A stretch of 64,000 bases of DNA from Patescibacteria group bacterium. GTDB lineage: Bacteria > Patescibacteriota > Patescibacteriia > UBA10025 > JAHIVO01. The position numbers and the translations under genes are program-made. Under the pieces are notes generated by a model. The model had not been told where the DNA came from, did no database searches, and saw nothing but the letters and a program-made list of their open reading frames with translations. Location of the stretch: the NCBI GenBank assembly GCA_049325535.1, contig JBMOKY010000001.1:621942-685941 (forward strand), written 5' to 3'. Below, piece by piece: positions 10,059 to 18,508 of this stretch (within the stretch, counting starts at the first letter, position 1; each line of letters begins with the position of its first letter).

Positions 10059-11270
10059 TTACTGTTGGGCTTCGTTGGTATTGATCGTTTCGTCGGTGAC
10101 GTCGGAATTGGTGTCCGTTTCGGTAGTGTCGGGTGTGGTGGCGGTATTCTGGGCAGCAGCAACATCTAGTAATTCATTCTGATCGCATGTTTCTGTTTTT
10201 GCCAATACTAATCCGCAATCGTCTTTCCATTCTAAACCCTTGGGGAAAATGCTGATCGAAGCATCGGCCAGCTGCTGATTGGTCCAGGTATCGATATCGG
10301 ATGTTTTGATCAGGATGTGTGACGCCCGTACCTGCTCTGGGGCATCATCTGTCGCGGCAACACGCTCGGTGACGTTGATAATATGGTACCCGTACTGAGT
10401 TTTGACCAAACCGGACATCTCACCGGCCTGCAGGGCAAACGCCGCAGTCTCAAACTCCTCTACCATCTGCCCTTGGCTGAAATATCCCAAATCGCCACCC
10501 GTCGAAGCAGTGGTATCCTCGCTGTACTGTTTTGCCGCATCCTCAAAACTTAGAGTTCCTGAATTAATTTTTGCCAGCACCTCTTCAGCGAGTGTTTTCG
10601 CCTCAGCATTGATCGAATCATCGGTCGCGATTTTTTCCTGAAGCTTATTCCGCAAAATATACGGCTGTAGCACTTTCATCTTGAATTGATCGGGTGTCCA
10701 ATTGTACAGCCGGGTCAGCGTGTCCATCACCTCCTGCTCATTTGTGGCTTGAGCGACTACATTTTGATATTCATCATCCAATTCCTGGCTGCTCACCGTG
10801 ATCCCATATGCTGCTGCCTGATCAGCGGTGAATCGCTCACGAATCATGCGGGATAAAACGCTTTTTTGCAGAAAACCGTCGGTCGGTAACTGTACCACGC
10901 CGGGATTTTCATTTTGCTGAGCTTCATAGAAAAAATGCAGCGTGTCTATATCCTCCTGATAATCATGGTAAGAAATCGGCGTGTAATCATACATGGCCAC
11001 CGGAAGGTGAAGGCTGCTCACTACACCCCGGGTTACGGAATTGTCCCAACCAAATTTATACAGACCGAGAGTAAACACAATGATGATAACGAGGAGCAAT
11101 GCCACAATTGACCCAGCACCGATCCACATCATTCTGGTGGCCGAAGCCGCCGACGATTGCCGAGGTTGTGCTGTTGTAGATGATCCTGCAACTGCGCGCT
11201 CCGATGAGGCGGCTGCTGCTGACGAGGACTGATCGCCTTTTGGCGGAACTGACTTCATGTCTGGGGTCAT
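10059..11270 (-). CDS. membrane-anchored PpiC-type peptidyl-prolyl isomerase (PrsA/SurA-like foldase)
   Basis: N-terminal TM anchor; parvulin domain (ASHILIKT...[28 protein letters not shown]); acidic T/D-rich C-terminal tail. Confidence 0.75.
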   Translation of the reverse strand: MTPDMKSVPPKGDQSSSAAAASSERAVAGSSTTAQPRQSSAASATRMMWIGAGSIVALLLVIIIVFTLGLYKFGWDNSVTRGVVSSLHLPVAMYDYTPISYHDYQEDIDTLHFFYEAQQNENPGVVQLPTDGFLQKSVLSRMIRERFTADQAAAYGITVSSQELDDEYQNVVAQATNEQEVMDTLTRLYNWTPDQFKMKVLQPYILRNKLQEKIATDDSINAEAKTLAEEVLAKINSGTLSFEDAAKQYSEDTTASTGGDLGYFSQGQMVEEFETAAFALQAGEMSGLVKTQYGYHIINVTERVAATDDAPEQVRASHILIKTSDIDTWTNQQLADASISIFPKGLEWKDDCGLVLAKTETCDQNELLDVAAAQNTATTPDTTETDTNSDVTDETINTNEAQQ

Positions 11271-11289
11271 ACGTTTAGATTACTTAACA

Positions 11290-11721
11290 TTAAGATGATA
11301 TTGTCGAAAAGAAATAATTCCACCACCGCTGGGGATTTGATACTGACGCCGCCCTGTCCGACTGAACGGGGGAGGCGGCCGCACTCTCACTCTCGCCGGC
11401 TTGTGTTTCTACTCCGAGGACGGTCACCACTGACTCTCCCTGCTTCTGCATGCCAAGTTTTTGCCGAGCCTGGGATTCGGTATACTCTGGGCTTTGGAAG
11501 TAAGAAATCAATGAATTCAACTGAATATTTGCATTTTCCAGATCATTAACCTGGGATTCGAGTGACGCTATCTCGCGCTCTATCTGATATTTACGCAGTA
11601 CTTCCTTACCCACTGCCACTCCGAGGATTATCAAAACGACCACCTCGGCGATGATCAGCGCCCGAGACTGTATCAGGCGGGAAAAAAATGATTTTTGCTT
11701 TTGCCGTACCGATTCTGTCAT
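11290..11721 (-). CDS. septum formation initiator family protein (FtsB/DivIC-like)
   Basis: Single N-terminal TM helix followed by a coiled coil (YQIEREIASLESQVNDLENANIQLNSLISYFQSPEY) typical of FtsB/DivIC. Confidence 0.55.
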   Translation of the reverse strand: MTESVRQKQKSFFSRLIQSRALIIAEVVVLIILGVAVGKEVLRKYQIEREIASLESQVNDLENANIQLNSLISYFQSPEYTESQARQKLGMQKQGESVVTVLGVETQAGESESAAASPVQSDRAASVSNPQRWWNYFFSTISS

Positions 11722-11791
11722 GGTGTGTGTTACTCAAAACGTGCGTATATCCTAACATATATTTAGGATATGGTCAACGAACCGAGAAACC

Positions 11792-12166
11792 CTAAAAATA
11801 AAAAATGGTCATCCCCTGAACCATGACCGCAATGGTAAAAGCTGCCAACAGGACGATCTGCATCACCAGCAAGACATGGAACCTTGCCCGATACCCACGA
11901 ATCCCCAAATAGAAACTGGCGATAATCGCATAGGCAGTCACCATGCCGATCAAGACAGACCAGCTTGCTTCGTCAATCTGATCACCGATATATGAATGCC
12001 GGGAACCGGCCCTGATGATGACAGCCAGCATGATGACCCCAAAAAGGGTCGCGGCCCAGAGCGTTCCCAGCGTGAAATAAACACCAATTCTGAGCCAGAA
12101 TGATGGTTCCGATTGGACGGTTTGGTCTTCAAGCTCATTATTTGTTCTTTGAGAGAGTGAGGTCAT
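11792..12166 (-). CDS. hypothetical membrane protein
   Basis: Four predicted TM helices; same-strand tight spacing with the ABC-2 transporter genes. Confidence 0.4.
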   Translation of the reverse strand: MTSLSQRTNNELEDQTVQSEPSFWLRIGVYFTLGTLWAATLFGVIMLAVIIRAGSRHSYIGDQIDEASWSVLIGMVTAYAIIASFYLGIRGYRARFHVLLVMQIVLLAAFTIAVMVQGMTIFYF

Positions 12167-12176
12167 AGATGACGCG

Positions 12177-12980
12177 CTATATGGCGATGTCGCGTTTATT
12201 CCACCACCAGAGTCCGGCGGTTGTTGCCGCGATAATGACTACGCCAAATACGACGTACGTCGTCCACTCAATCGACCCATCGACCAGTGCCGCGCGCGAA
12301 TCAAAATAATGAAAAAAGGATGCCCACTTGATTACGGCAAACTGATCCCGAAGCAACGACACCAATTTAATCACATACATCCCGACGAGCATCGCGCCGC
12401 CAAACATAAGAGTTTTACTTCGCTCGGAAAAAAACGCCGAGAGCAGCATACTCAGGCTATAGACTGCCCATGAAAAAAGAAAGCCAGCCAGCACCAGCAT
12501 ACCATAATGAGAGGTCTGATATGATACGCCGTGCAAACCTGCCAGCGGAATCGCGGCCACAATGGAGCAGACATTAAAAAGCGCGACGGCCGCCAATCCA
12601 GCACCGTACTTCCCCAGAAACAAACGTGTGCGGGAGACCGGGCGGGACAGCAATAACTCAGCCGTACCTCGTTCTACTTCAGCTGACAGATTATGCCCGG
12701 CAAATGACACGCTCATAAAAAGCGCCAACATCGGCCAGACAATGCTGAAATGCTCGACCGCCAAAAATTTTTCGAGCGTATCAAAACTCAAATCCTCAAC
12801 GCCGAAAGCCTTCATGAAACCTTCAGGATAATTTTTTAATATCTCAGCAAATTCCGCTGCTTGCGCCTGGATCGATGGATACATCGCCACATACATCCAC
12901 ATGAATGCGACCCCCGCTAGACAATACACCAGAGTAGAAATTTTTCTGTCTTTAATTGTCTGCCACAAGACTGATCCCAT
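12177..12980 (-). CDS. ABC-2 family transporter permease
   Basis: Six TM helices, ABC-2-like topology; immediately downstream of the ABC ATPase. Confidence 0.6.
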   Translation of the reverse strand: MGSVLWQTIKDRKISTLVYCLAGVAFMWMYVAMYPSIQAQAAEFAEILKNYPEGFMKAFGVEDLSFDTLEKFLAVEHFSIVWPMLALFMSVSFAGHNLSAEVERGTAELLLSRPVSRTRLFLGKYGAGLAAVALFNVCSIVAAIPLAGLHGVSYQTSHYGMLVLAGFLFSWAVYSLSMLLSAFFSERSKTLMFGGAMLVGMYVIKLVSLLRDQFAVIKWASFFHYFDSRAALVDGSIEWTTYVVFGVVIIAATTAGLWWWNKRDIAI

Positions 12981-12982
12981 AG

Positions 12983-13855
12983 TTATTCGTAAAATTCCAA
13001 AAATATATCTTCAAGCGATGCATGTTCAATTTGCACATCACGAAGGGGAAACCGCTGAAGCAATGCTATCAGCGGATTGATGTCGCCCTTCAGCGTCAGT
13101 TCGATGCCATGGTCAAACTCTCGGGTTATATGAAATCCATTATACTGGAAAGCCTGGCGATCGAAGGGACCATTAAAAAAAGCGGTGACGGTGTACAGTC
13201 GCTTGCCTTTCAGACTGGCGATGCTCTCCGTCGTCACCATCGTGCCGCGTTTGATGACGCCCACCCGACTGCAGACACGCTCCACTTCAGCCAGATTATG
13301 TGACGACATAAATACGGTTGCTCCCCATGATGTAGATTCGGCAATCAGCTGGTACACCTCATTTTGCAGCAGCGGATCAAGCGCATTGGTCGGCTCATCC
13401 ATGATGAGCAGCTTGGGCCGGTGCATGAAAGCCAAAATAATACCGAGTTTCTGAACATTTCCCGATGATAATTGTTTTATTTTGATATCAGGATTGAAAT
13501 CAAACCGTTTCATCAGTTCATCGGCCATGTCGTTTTCCTGATGCATGAACGTACGCGCGAAATCAATATGCATTCGCCCGGTCCACCGCGAGTACAACCG
13601 TACCGAACCGGACAAATAGCCAATCTGTCCCTTGAGAGCCACCGAATCTTGGTGCGCGTCTTTCCCCAACATGGTGATACTACCGCCTGACGGACGGATA
13701 AAATCCATCAAACAGCGGATGGTGGTCGTTTTACCAGCACCGTTGGGCCCGAGAAAACCAAACACCTCTCCTTGTTCCACGCTGAAGGAGATGTCGTTCA
13801 CGGCCCATGTCGAGCCAAAATTTTTCCGCAAATGCGAGACCTGTACGACTGACAT
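12983..13855 (-). CDS. ABC transporter ATP-binding protein; start trimmed to MSVVQV, the track ORF extends spuriously to 14185
   Basis: Walker A GPNGAGKTT, Q-loop, signature LSGNVQKLG, Walker B LLIMDEPTNALD; conserved ABC N-terminus begins MSVVQVSHLRKNFG; the upstream 110 codons are low-complexity and overlap the divergent promoter region. Confidence 0.8.
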   Translation of the reverse strand: MSVVQVSHLRKNFGSTWAVNDISFSVEQGEVFGFLGPNGAGKTTTIRCLMDFIRPSGGSITMLGKDAHQDSVALKGQIGYLSGSVRLYSRWTGRMHIDFARTFMHQENDMADELMKRFDFNPDIKIKQLSSGNVQKLGIILAFMHRPKLLIMDEPTNALDPLLQNEVYQLIAESTSWGATVFMSSHNLAEVERVCSRVGVIKRGTMVTTESIASLKGKRLYTVTAFFNGPFDRQAFQYNGFHITREFDHGIELTLKGDINPLIALLQRFPLRDVQIEHASLEDIFLEFYE

Positions 13856-13946
13856 AGTGCATAAAGTATAGCATTTTTGCTCAAATCTGACCATCACATA
13901 TCCTACATCAACCCCCATATAATAACTAGCAGTACTTCGCGGATAT

Positions 13947-14492
13947 ATGCTATACTTTTTCCAGAATATGACTCCCGAAACAACAGTTCCGCAACCAGCA
14001 CCAAAACCGACAGGAAAAAAGCTCCGCATCGGCTGGTTTTCATTTTCCTGCTGCGAAGATTCTACCGTCGTTTTTACCGAGCTGATGAATGACCGCTGGG
14101 AGCTATGGAAAAAAGTGCTGGACATCCGGCATGCCCGAGTGCTACAAACGCATAATGTACTTGACCAGCTGGATGTAGCCTTCATCGAGGGGGCACTCGC
14201 TTCGCAGGATCACGTCGACCGGGTCAAAGAAATCCGATCCAAATCCACGAAAGTTGTAGCCATCGGCGCCTGCGCCTGCGACGGCGTGCCGTCGGCTCAG
14301 CGAAACGATTTTGATGACGCACGACGCACCGAGATTCAACCGATTTTAGAACACTTTAATTATCTGGAAAAAGTGCAAAAACTATCGGATGTAATAACTG
14401 TCGACGTAAAAATTCCCGGATGCCCGATGAATGAAAAAACATTTCTCACCGCGCTTGATTCATTGCTCAAAGAATTTAACATCGTCACCTAA
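13947..14492 (+). CDS. [NiFe]-hydrogenase small subunit, short proximal-cluster-only form; start may be 13968 (MTPETT)
   Basis: Homology pattern to HoxY/MvhG/NuoB-like small subunits: KLRIGWFSFSCCEDS (first Cys motif, tandem CC), VAFIEGAL, VVAIGACACDGVP, KIPGCPMN; 181 aa; stop overlaps the large-subunit start (TAATG). Confidence 0.75.
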   Translation: MLYFFQNMTPETTVPQPAPKPTGKKLRIGWFSFSCCEDSTVVFTELMNDRWELWKKVLDIRHARVLQTHNVLDQLDVAFIEGALASQDHVDRVKEIRSKSTKVVAIGACACDGVPSAQRNDFDDARRTEIQPILEHFNYLEKVQKLSDVITVDVKIPGCPMNEKTFLTALDSLLKEFNIVT

Positions 14493-15847
14493 TGCATCTC
14501 ATCGACCTCACCCTAAACAAAGAAATTACCAAAGTGGAAGGATCAGCCACGCTGGATGTGCGTATTACCGGGGGTAAGGTTGACCATTGCCGATTCGGTA
14601 TCTCCGAGTACAAACGTTTCTATACTCAGGCTATGCGCGGTAAACCATATCGCGCACTTCCGACGCTTCTTGCCCGTATTTGCGGCACCTGCTCAAATGC
14701 CCATCTCCTAGCCAGTATCGAGGCATGCGAAAAGGCGCTTGGTTTCAAACCATCGGATCAGACGCTGCTGATGAAGAAACTGACTATGTACGGCCTGAAC
14801 ATCCGTGATCACGCGCTGCACCTGTACCTCTTCGCCATGCCGGATATGTATGGCAAAGACTCATTCCTGGAGTTTGATGAAAATAAATCAGACGAGCACC
14901 AAATTCTCCATGACGCTTTTACGATCAAGGCGGCGGGCAACTATTTATCAATCATCATCGCTGGACGATCTGTCCACGCTATCAAACCCCAAATAGGTGG
15001 TTTTGCCGGTATCCCGACGGCCGAAGAAATTACTGAAGCAATACATAAATTAGAAATGGCGCGCCCCGCAGCACTGCGAACGATCGAACGATTCATGAAA
15101 TCGCCTGACCGATTCGACCGCCAGACAAAATTTATGGCTATGGTAGCGAACCCCTTTTCATACAATGAAGGGCACATCGTCAGCGACGACGGTGACTATA
15201 TCGAAGAAAAAGACTACCGGGAGCATCTCGAACACACCATTATCCCCTATTCTCACGCTTCAGGATACAAATTCAAAGGAAGGTCATTCATGGTTGGGGC
15301 GCTGGCTCGCATCAATTTGGCGAAAGACACGCTCCACCTGGCAACTCAAAAAAGTGCCGCGGCCGCACTGGAACTCTTCCCTTCTACAAATATTTTCCAC
15401 AATAACCTAGCCCAAGCAATCGAAATATTACATTGCATCGATCATACTATAGAAATACTTCATACGCATCGATTTGAACGCGAACCACTGGGACAGCCGG
15501 CCCTCGAACGCGGGACCGGCATCGGAGTCGTTGAGGCGCCACGCGGTACACTCTACCACAAAGTGACTATCGGGAGCGATGGTAATGTGGTTGAAGGTGA
15601 GATTGTCGTACCCACCGGTCAAAATCAAATCAATATCGAGCAGGATCTGGCCCGTCGCATCGAGGAGCTGATTCCGACTGACCCGGACGCGGACAAACTG
15701 CAACTGGAACTGGAAAAATTGATACGGGCATATGATCCGTGCATGAGTTGCGCCTCGCACTTTCTTAAAGTCCGTATTGGCGGAGCAACGGTACGAGCTG
15801 GGAAAAAGCTGTTTCAGGATCCAGCTGGGACGGTATCCCAAAAATAA
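14492..15847 (+). CDS. [NiFe]-hydrogenase large (catalytic) subunit
   Basis: N-terminal L1 motif RICGTCSNAH, C-terminal L2 motif DPCMSCASH followed by a 28-aa tail (substrate of a maturation endopeptidase); 451 aa. Confidence 0.9.
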   Translation: MHLIDLTLNKEITKVEGSATLDVRITGGKVDHCRFGISEYKRFYTQAMRGKPYRALPTLLARICGTCSNAHLLASIEACEKALGFKPSDQTLLMKKLTMYGLNIRDHALHLYLFAMPDMYGKDSFLEFDENKSDEHQILHDAFTIKAAGNYLSIIIAGRSVHAIKPQIGGFAGIPTAEEITEAIHKLEMARPAALRTIERFMKSPDRFDRQTKFMAMVANPFSYNEGHIVSDDGDYIEEKDYREHLEHTIIPYSHASGYKFKGRSFMVGALARINLAKDTLHLATQKSAAAALELFPSTNIFHNNLAQAIEILHCIDHTIEILHTHRFEREPLGQPALERGTGIGVVEAPRGTLYHKVTIGSDGNVVEGEIVVPTGQNQINIEQDLARRIEELIPTDPDADKLQLELEKLIRAYDPCMSCASHFLKVRIGGATVRAGKKLFQDPAGTVSQK

Positions 15848-16145
15848 ATAATTCACGAGGTAATTTCCCCAGCTTACGCATAAACTGAAGCTGGGTACCC
15901 AAATCAAAGTCATGCATGGTCACATGCGGGGCATTTTGAAATGCCTCCAGTGATGTAAATACACTGACGAGATCCACGCCCTGCACCGTATCTATGATGT
16001 ACAGCCGCTCCGGCATATCCCATTCATCCAGCGGATCTTGATGGATAAATAAGTGGTGCGGAAATACCTGGGCCAACCGCGGAAGCAGTCGAACCGGCAC
16101 CGCATCCTCAGACAAATCTGGATTACCAAAAACCCATACCTGCAT
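15765..16145 (-). CDS. hydrogenase maturation endopeptidase (HycI/HybD/HoxW family)
   Basis: About 126 aa with VFGNPDLSEDA (GxGN...D/E), IIDTV and MHDFDL (metal-ligand Asp/His positions) and IFGIPS, the arrangement of hydrogenase C-terminal proteases; convergent, 3' end overlaps the large-subunit tail by about 80 nt. Confidence 0.6.
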   Translation of the reverse strand: MQVWVFGNPDLSEDAVPVRLLPRLAQVFPHHLFIHQDPLDEWDMPERLYIIDTVQGVDLVSVFTSLEAFQNAPHVTMHDFDLGTQLQFMRKLGKLPRELFIFGIPSQLDPETAFSQLVPLLRQYGL

Positions 16146-16148
16146 AGG

Positions 16149-16958
16149 TCAGAGCGTTTGATTGGCTAATTGCAAATGTTTTTGGGTGTAGTATTCAAGC
16201 CAGCGCACATTTGCCGGTGTAATGATCTCGCAGGGCATACCCCAATGCATGCTGATCATATCACCCACTGAAAGCTCTTCAAATGTGTGATCATCGTCGA
16301 GCCGCCGTACCACACTGACTGACTCAGTCGGCCCCAAATACAAACGGTGACCATCCACCATGAGCGGCTTGCGATCAACCGTAATTTTTGGCCCGGTAAT
16401 GGATGTCACCGAGCCCCAGCTGATGCGGCACGCGTCCATACTCTCGAGCGTATGTAATATCTCAAAATGTCCCGTGCGTTTATACACATTGAAGACGTGA
16501 AATGAATGGTGCATGCGGGCGCCACGGGGAAGTTTTTCAGTCAGCTCATCAAAACTTTTCGGCTGAATCTTTTTTTTCAAGCCAAGTACGTCGCGTAAAT
16601 GTGAGTAAAACGTATTGGGCGAGATAGTTTCCAGGAGCTGATTACCCAGCCAATACGCCTCCACGACACGTAGGTCAAACGGATCGGCGATGTGATTTGC
16701 TTTAGCGATGGTCTGCAAGTATGGATACAGTGTCCGAAACCCTCCCAGAATTGCATTGAGCCCGGCGTCGGTGGCATTTGCATCGATATATGATCCCAGC
16801 TCCCGCTGCATGTCAGGACCACACATCCTGAGCTTATTTGGTCCAAAGGCATACCGGGCGCACTTGCTGACGCCATCGACACTAGTTGTCAGCACCGACT
16901 GCATTGGATGGGACATGTGAGTGGTTTCGACGTACTTCCCAGAGCAGGAGGAATACAC
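16149..16958 (-). CDS. hypothetical protein co-transcribed with the hydrogenase maturation protease
   Basis: 269-aa ORF 3 nt upstream of the protease on the same strand; no family recognised (contains CARYAFGPNKLRMCGPD); start may be an internal Met because of overlap with the EamA gene. Confidence 0.5.
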   Translation of the reverse strand: MYSSCSGKYVETTHMSHPMQSVLTTSVDGVSKCARYAFGPNKLRMCGPDMQRELGSYIDANATDAGLNAILGGFRTLYPYLQTIAKANHIADPFDLRVVEAYWLGNQLLETISPNTFYSHLRDVLGLKKKIQPKSFDELTEKLPRGARMHHSFHVFNVYKRTGHFEILHTLESMDACRISWGSVTSITGPKITVDRKPLMVDGHRLYLGPTESVSVVRRLDDDHTFEELSVGDMISMHWGMPCEIITPANVRWLEYYTQKHLQLANQTL

Positions 16959-17805
16959 CGAGCAGCATAGCCGCCGCGCTCGTCACCTGGGCGTGCGTCA
17001 TCGTATTATCCAAAAAAAGTTGCGAGAGTATATTGGTGATGAGGGAGGCAGGAACCAGCAGACTCGCTACCAGCGTGGCCGGTGCCCGCTTCAAGGCGCT
17101 GTACCAGGTGGTCACATATCCAAAAAGCAGAACCGCTGAAATAAGTGTCCAAATCCACTGCACGCCAGTGAGCCCTATCAGCATGTGGCCATCACCGCGC
17201 ACCAAAATATAGCCTAGCAATATGATGGAACCGATGACCATCCGAGCAGCAGCAACTGTCATGCTGCTCACCTGTAGCAACACTTTCTTTGCAATGATAT
17301 TTTCCGCCGCCCAAAATAGCGTCGCCCCCAGTATGAGCAATTCGCCAGTGCCCCATCGGAAACTATTGATTCCGCCCAGGGCAAAATTACCAAAAACGAG
17401 CAGCAAGAGAGCACTCGCCTGAAGAGCACCGATGCGTTCGCGCAGCATTGGTACAGCGAGCAATGCCACCCAAATAAATAGTGTCTTATGGATGAGGCTG
17501 GCGCTCAGGGCGCTGGTCATGGTGAGGCCAGTAAAAAACATGGCGAACGGAATGCTGCCGCCGACAATACCAATGGCTATGAGGAGAGCCCACTGCCGAC
17601 GGGACAGGTGCATGAGCTCCTTCATTTTTCGAAATAATACAATCGCACCCACCAAGAGCAGGCCAACTGCGGCATTTTTGAGAAATGTAAATACAACCGG
17701 ATCATTGGCAGCACTGACGCCCACTTTGGCGATGACATTTGAAACCCCGGAAATAATGGCTGTGCCGAGCGCCAGGATGACGGCAATACCGATTTTGTTA
17801 TTCAT
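16882..17805 (-). CDS. EamA/DMT-family transporter
   Basis: Ten TM helices in two 5-TM EamA repeats. Confidence 0.75.
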   Translation of the reverse strand: MNNKIGIAVILALGTAIISGVSNVIAKVGVSAANDPVVFTFLKNAAVGLLLVGAIVLFRKMKELMHLSRRQWALLIAIGIVGGSIPFAMFFTGLTMTSALSASLIHKTLFIWVALLAVPMLRERIGALQASALLLLVFGNFALGGINSFRWGTGELLILGATLFWAAENIIAKKVLLQVSSMTVAAARMVIGSIILLGYILVRGDGHMLIGLTGVQWIWTLISAVLLFGYVTTWYSALKRAPATLVASLLVPASLITNILSQLFLDNTMTHAQVTSAAAMLLGVFLLLWEVRRNHSHVPSNAVGADN

Positions 17806-17871
17806 GGTAAAAATTGTTTATAGGAATAGTGACTGTAGTATACGATGGACAGCGCCATCTGACAATTGCCG

Positions 17872-18471
17872 TCAGGGTTTACGCTGCAATACGCAAAAAA
17901 GTGCCCGCACCGGGGGGTAGCTGCCGAAAAATACTGACTCCTCCAGCGATACAAAAGAAAAAAGCTGCTGATAATATGCCCGGATATCAGCCGGTGCAAA
18001 ACGATGCGGACCGTCACTGCCAGGTTGGAGATGACTGAAACATTTCAGCAACATATACCCTTCCGGCCGAAGCAGCTGATACACCGTGCGAATATACGCT
18101 GTACGGTCAGACGGCGCAAATGTGTGGAATACTCCCCGATCAAGGACATAATCAAACGGGCCAGTCATATCGCTGTGCAGGATATTGTCCACCCGGAAAT
18201 GAACCTCGGTGCCGCGCTCCCGGGCCCTCACCCGAGCCTGCTCGATAGCTGCAGGAGAGACGTCGATACCCACTACCGAAAAGCCCCGCTCAGCCAAAGC
18301 GATTGCCTGGGTGCCAGGTCCGGTACCGATATCCAGCACGCGTTTTGTGTCCCCAGCGATTGCCTGCAGTGCTTGGTCAAAATCAGGGTCGAGATCAGCA
18401 AAAAACCAGGGTAATTTTTCTACCGGCGTTTTTCGGTATACGTCATCCCATTCTGCGGGTGTTCGATCCAT
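17872..18471 (-). CDS. class I SAM-dependent methyltransferase
   Basis: Motif I VLDIGTGPGTQAIALAERG, post-I acidic residue and motif II consistent with the Rossmann methyltransferase fold. Confidence 0.8.
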   Translation of the reverse strand: MDRTPAEWDDVYRKTPVEKLPWFFADLDPDFDQALQAIAGDTKRVLDIGTGPGTQAIALAERGFSVVGIDVSPAAIEQARVRARERGTEVHFRVDNILHSDMTGPFDYVLDRGVFHTFAPSDRTAYIRTVYQLLRPEGYMLLKCFSHLQPGSDGPHRFAPADIRAYYQQLFSFVSLEESVFFGSYPPVRALFCVLQRKP

Positions 18472-18508
18472 AAATACAGTGTATCACGAATCATCATGTT
18501 GATAATCA

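Noticed and set aside
9838-10182. Three track ORFs (9838-10059 minus, 9941-10165 minus, 9949-10182 plus)
   Set aside because: They are translations across the tRNA-Gly and tRNA-Thr genes in both orientations.
13856-14185. 110-codon N-terminal extension of the ABC ATPase ORF (12983-14185)
   Set aside because: The conserved ABC N-terminus begins at MSVVQV (13855); the extension is S/C-rich, has no counterpart in ABC ATPases and would read through the divergent promoter and the hydrogenase small-subunit start.
15165-15913. Track ORFs 15165-15410 (plus) and 15428-15913 (minus) inside the hydrogenase large-subunit gene
   Set aside because: They lie antisense or out-of-frame within a strongly supported 451-aa catalytic subunit; no independent signals.
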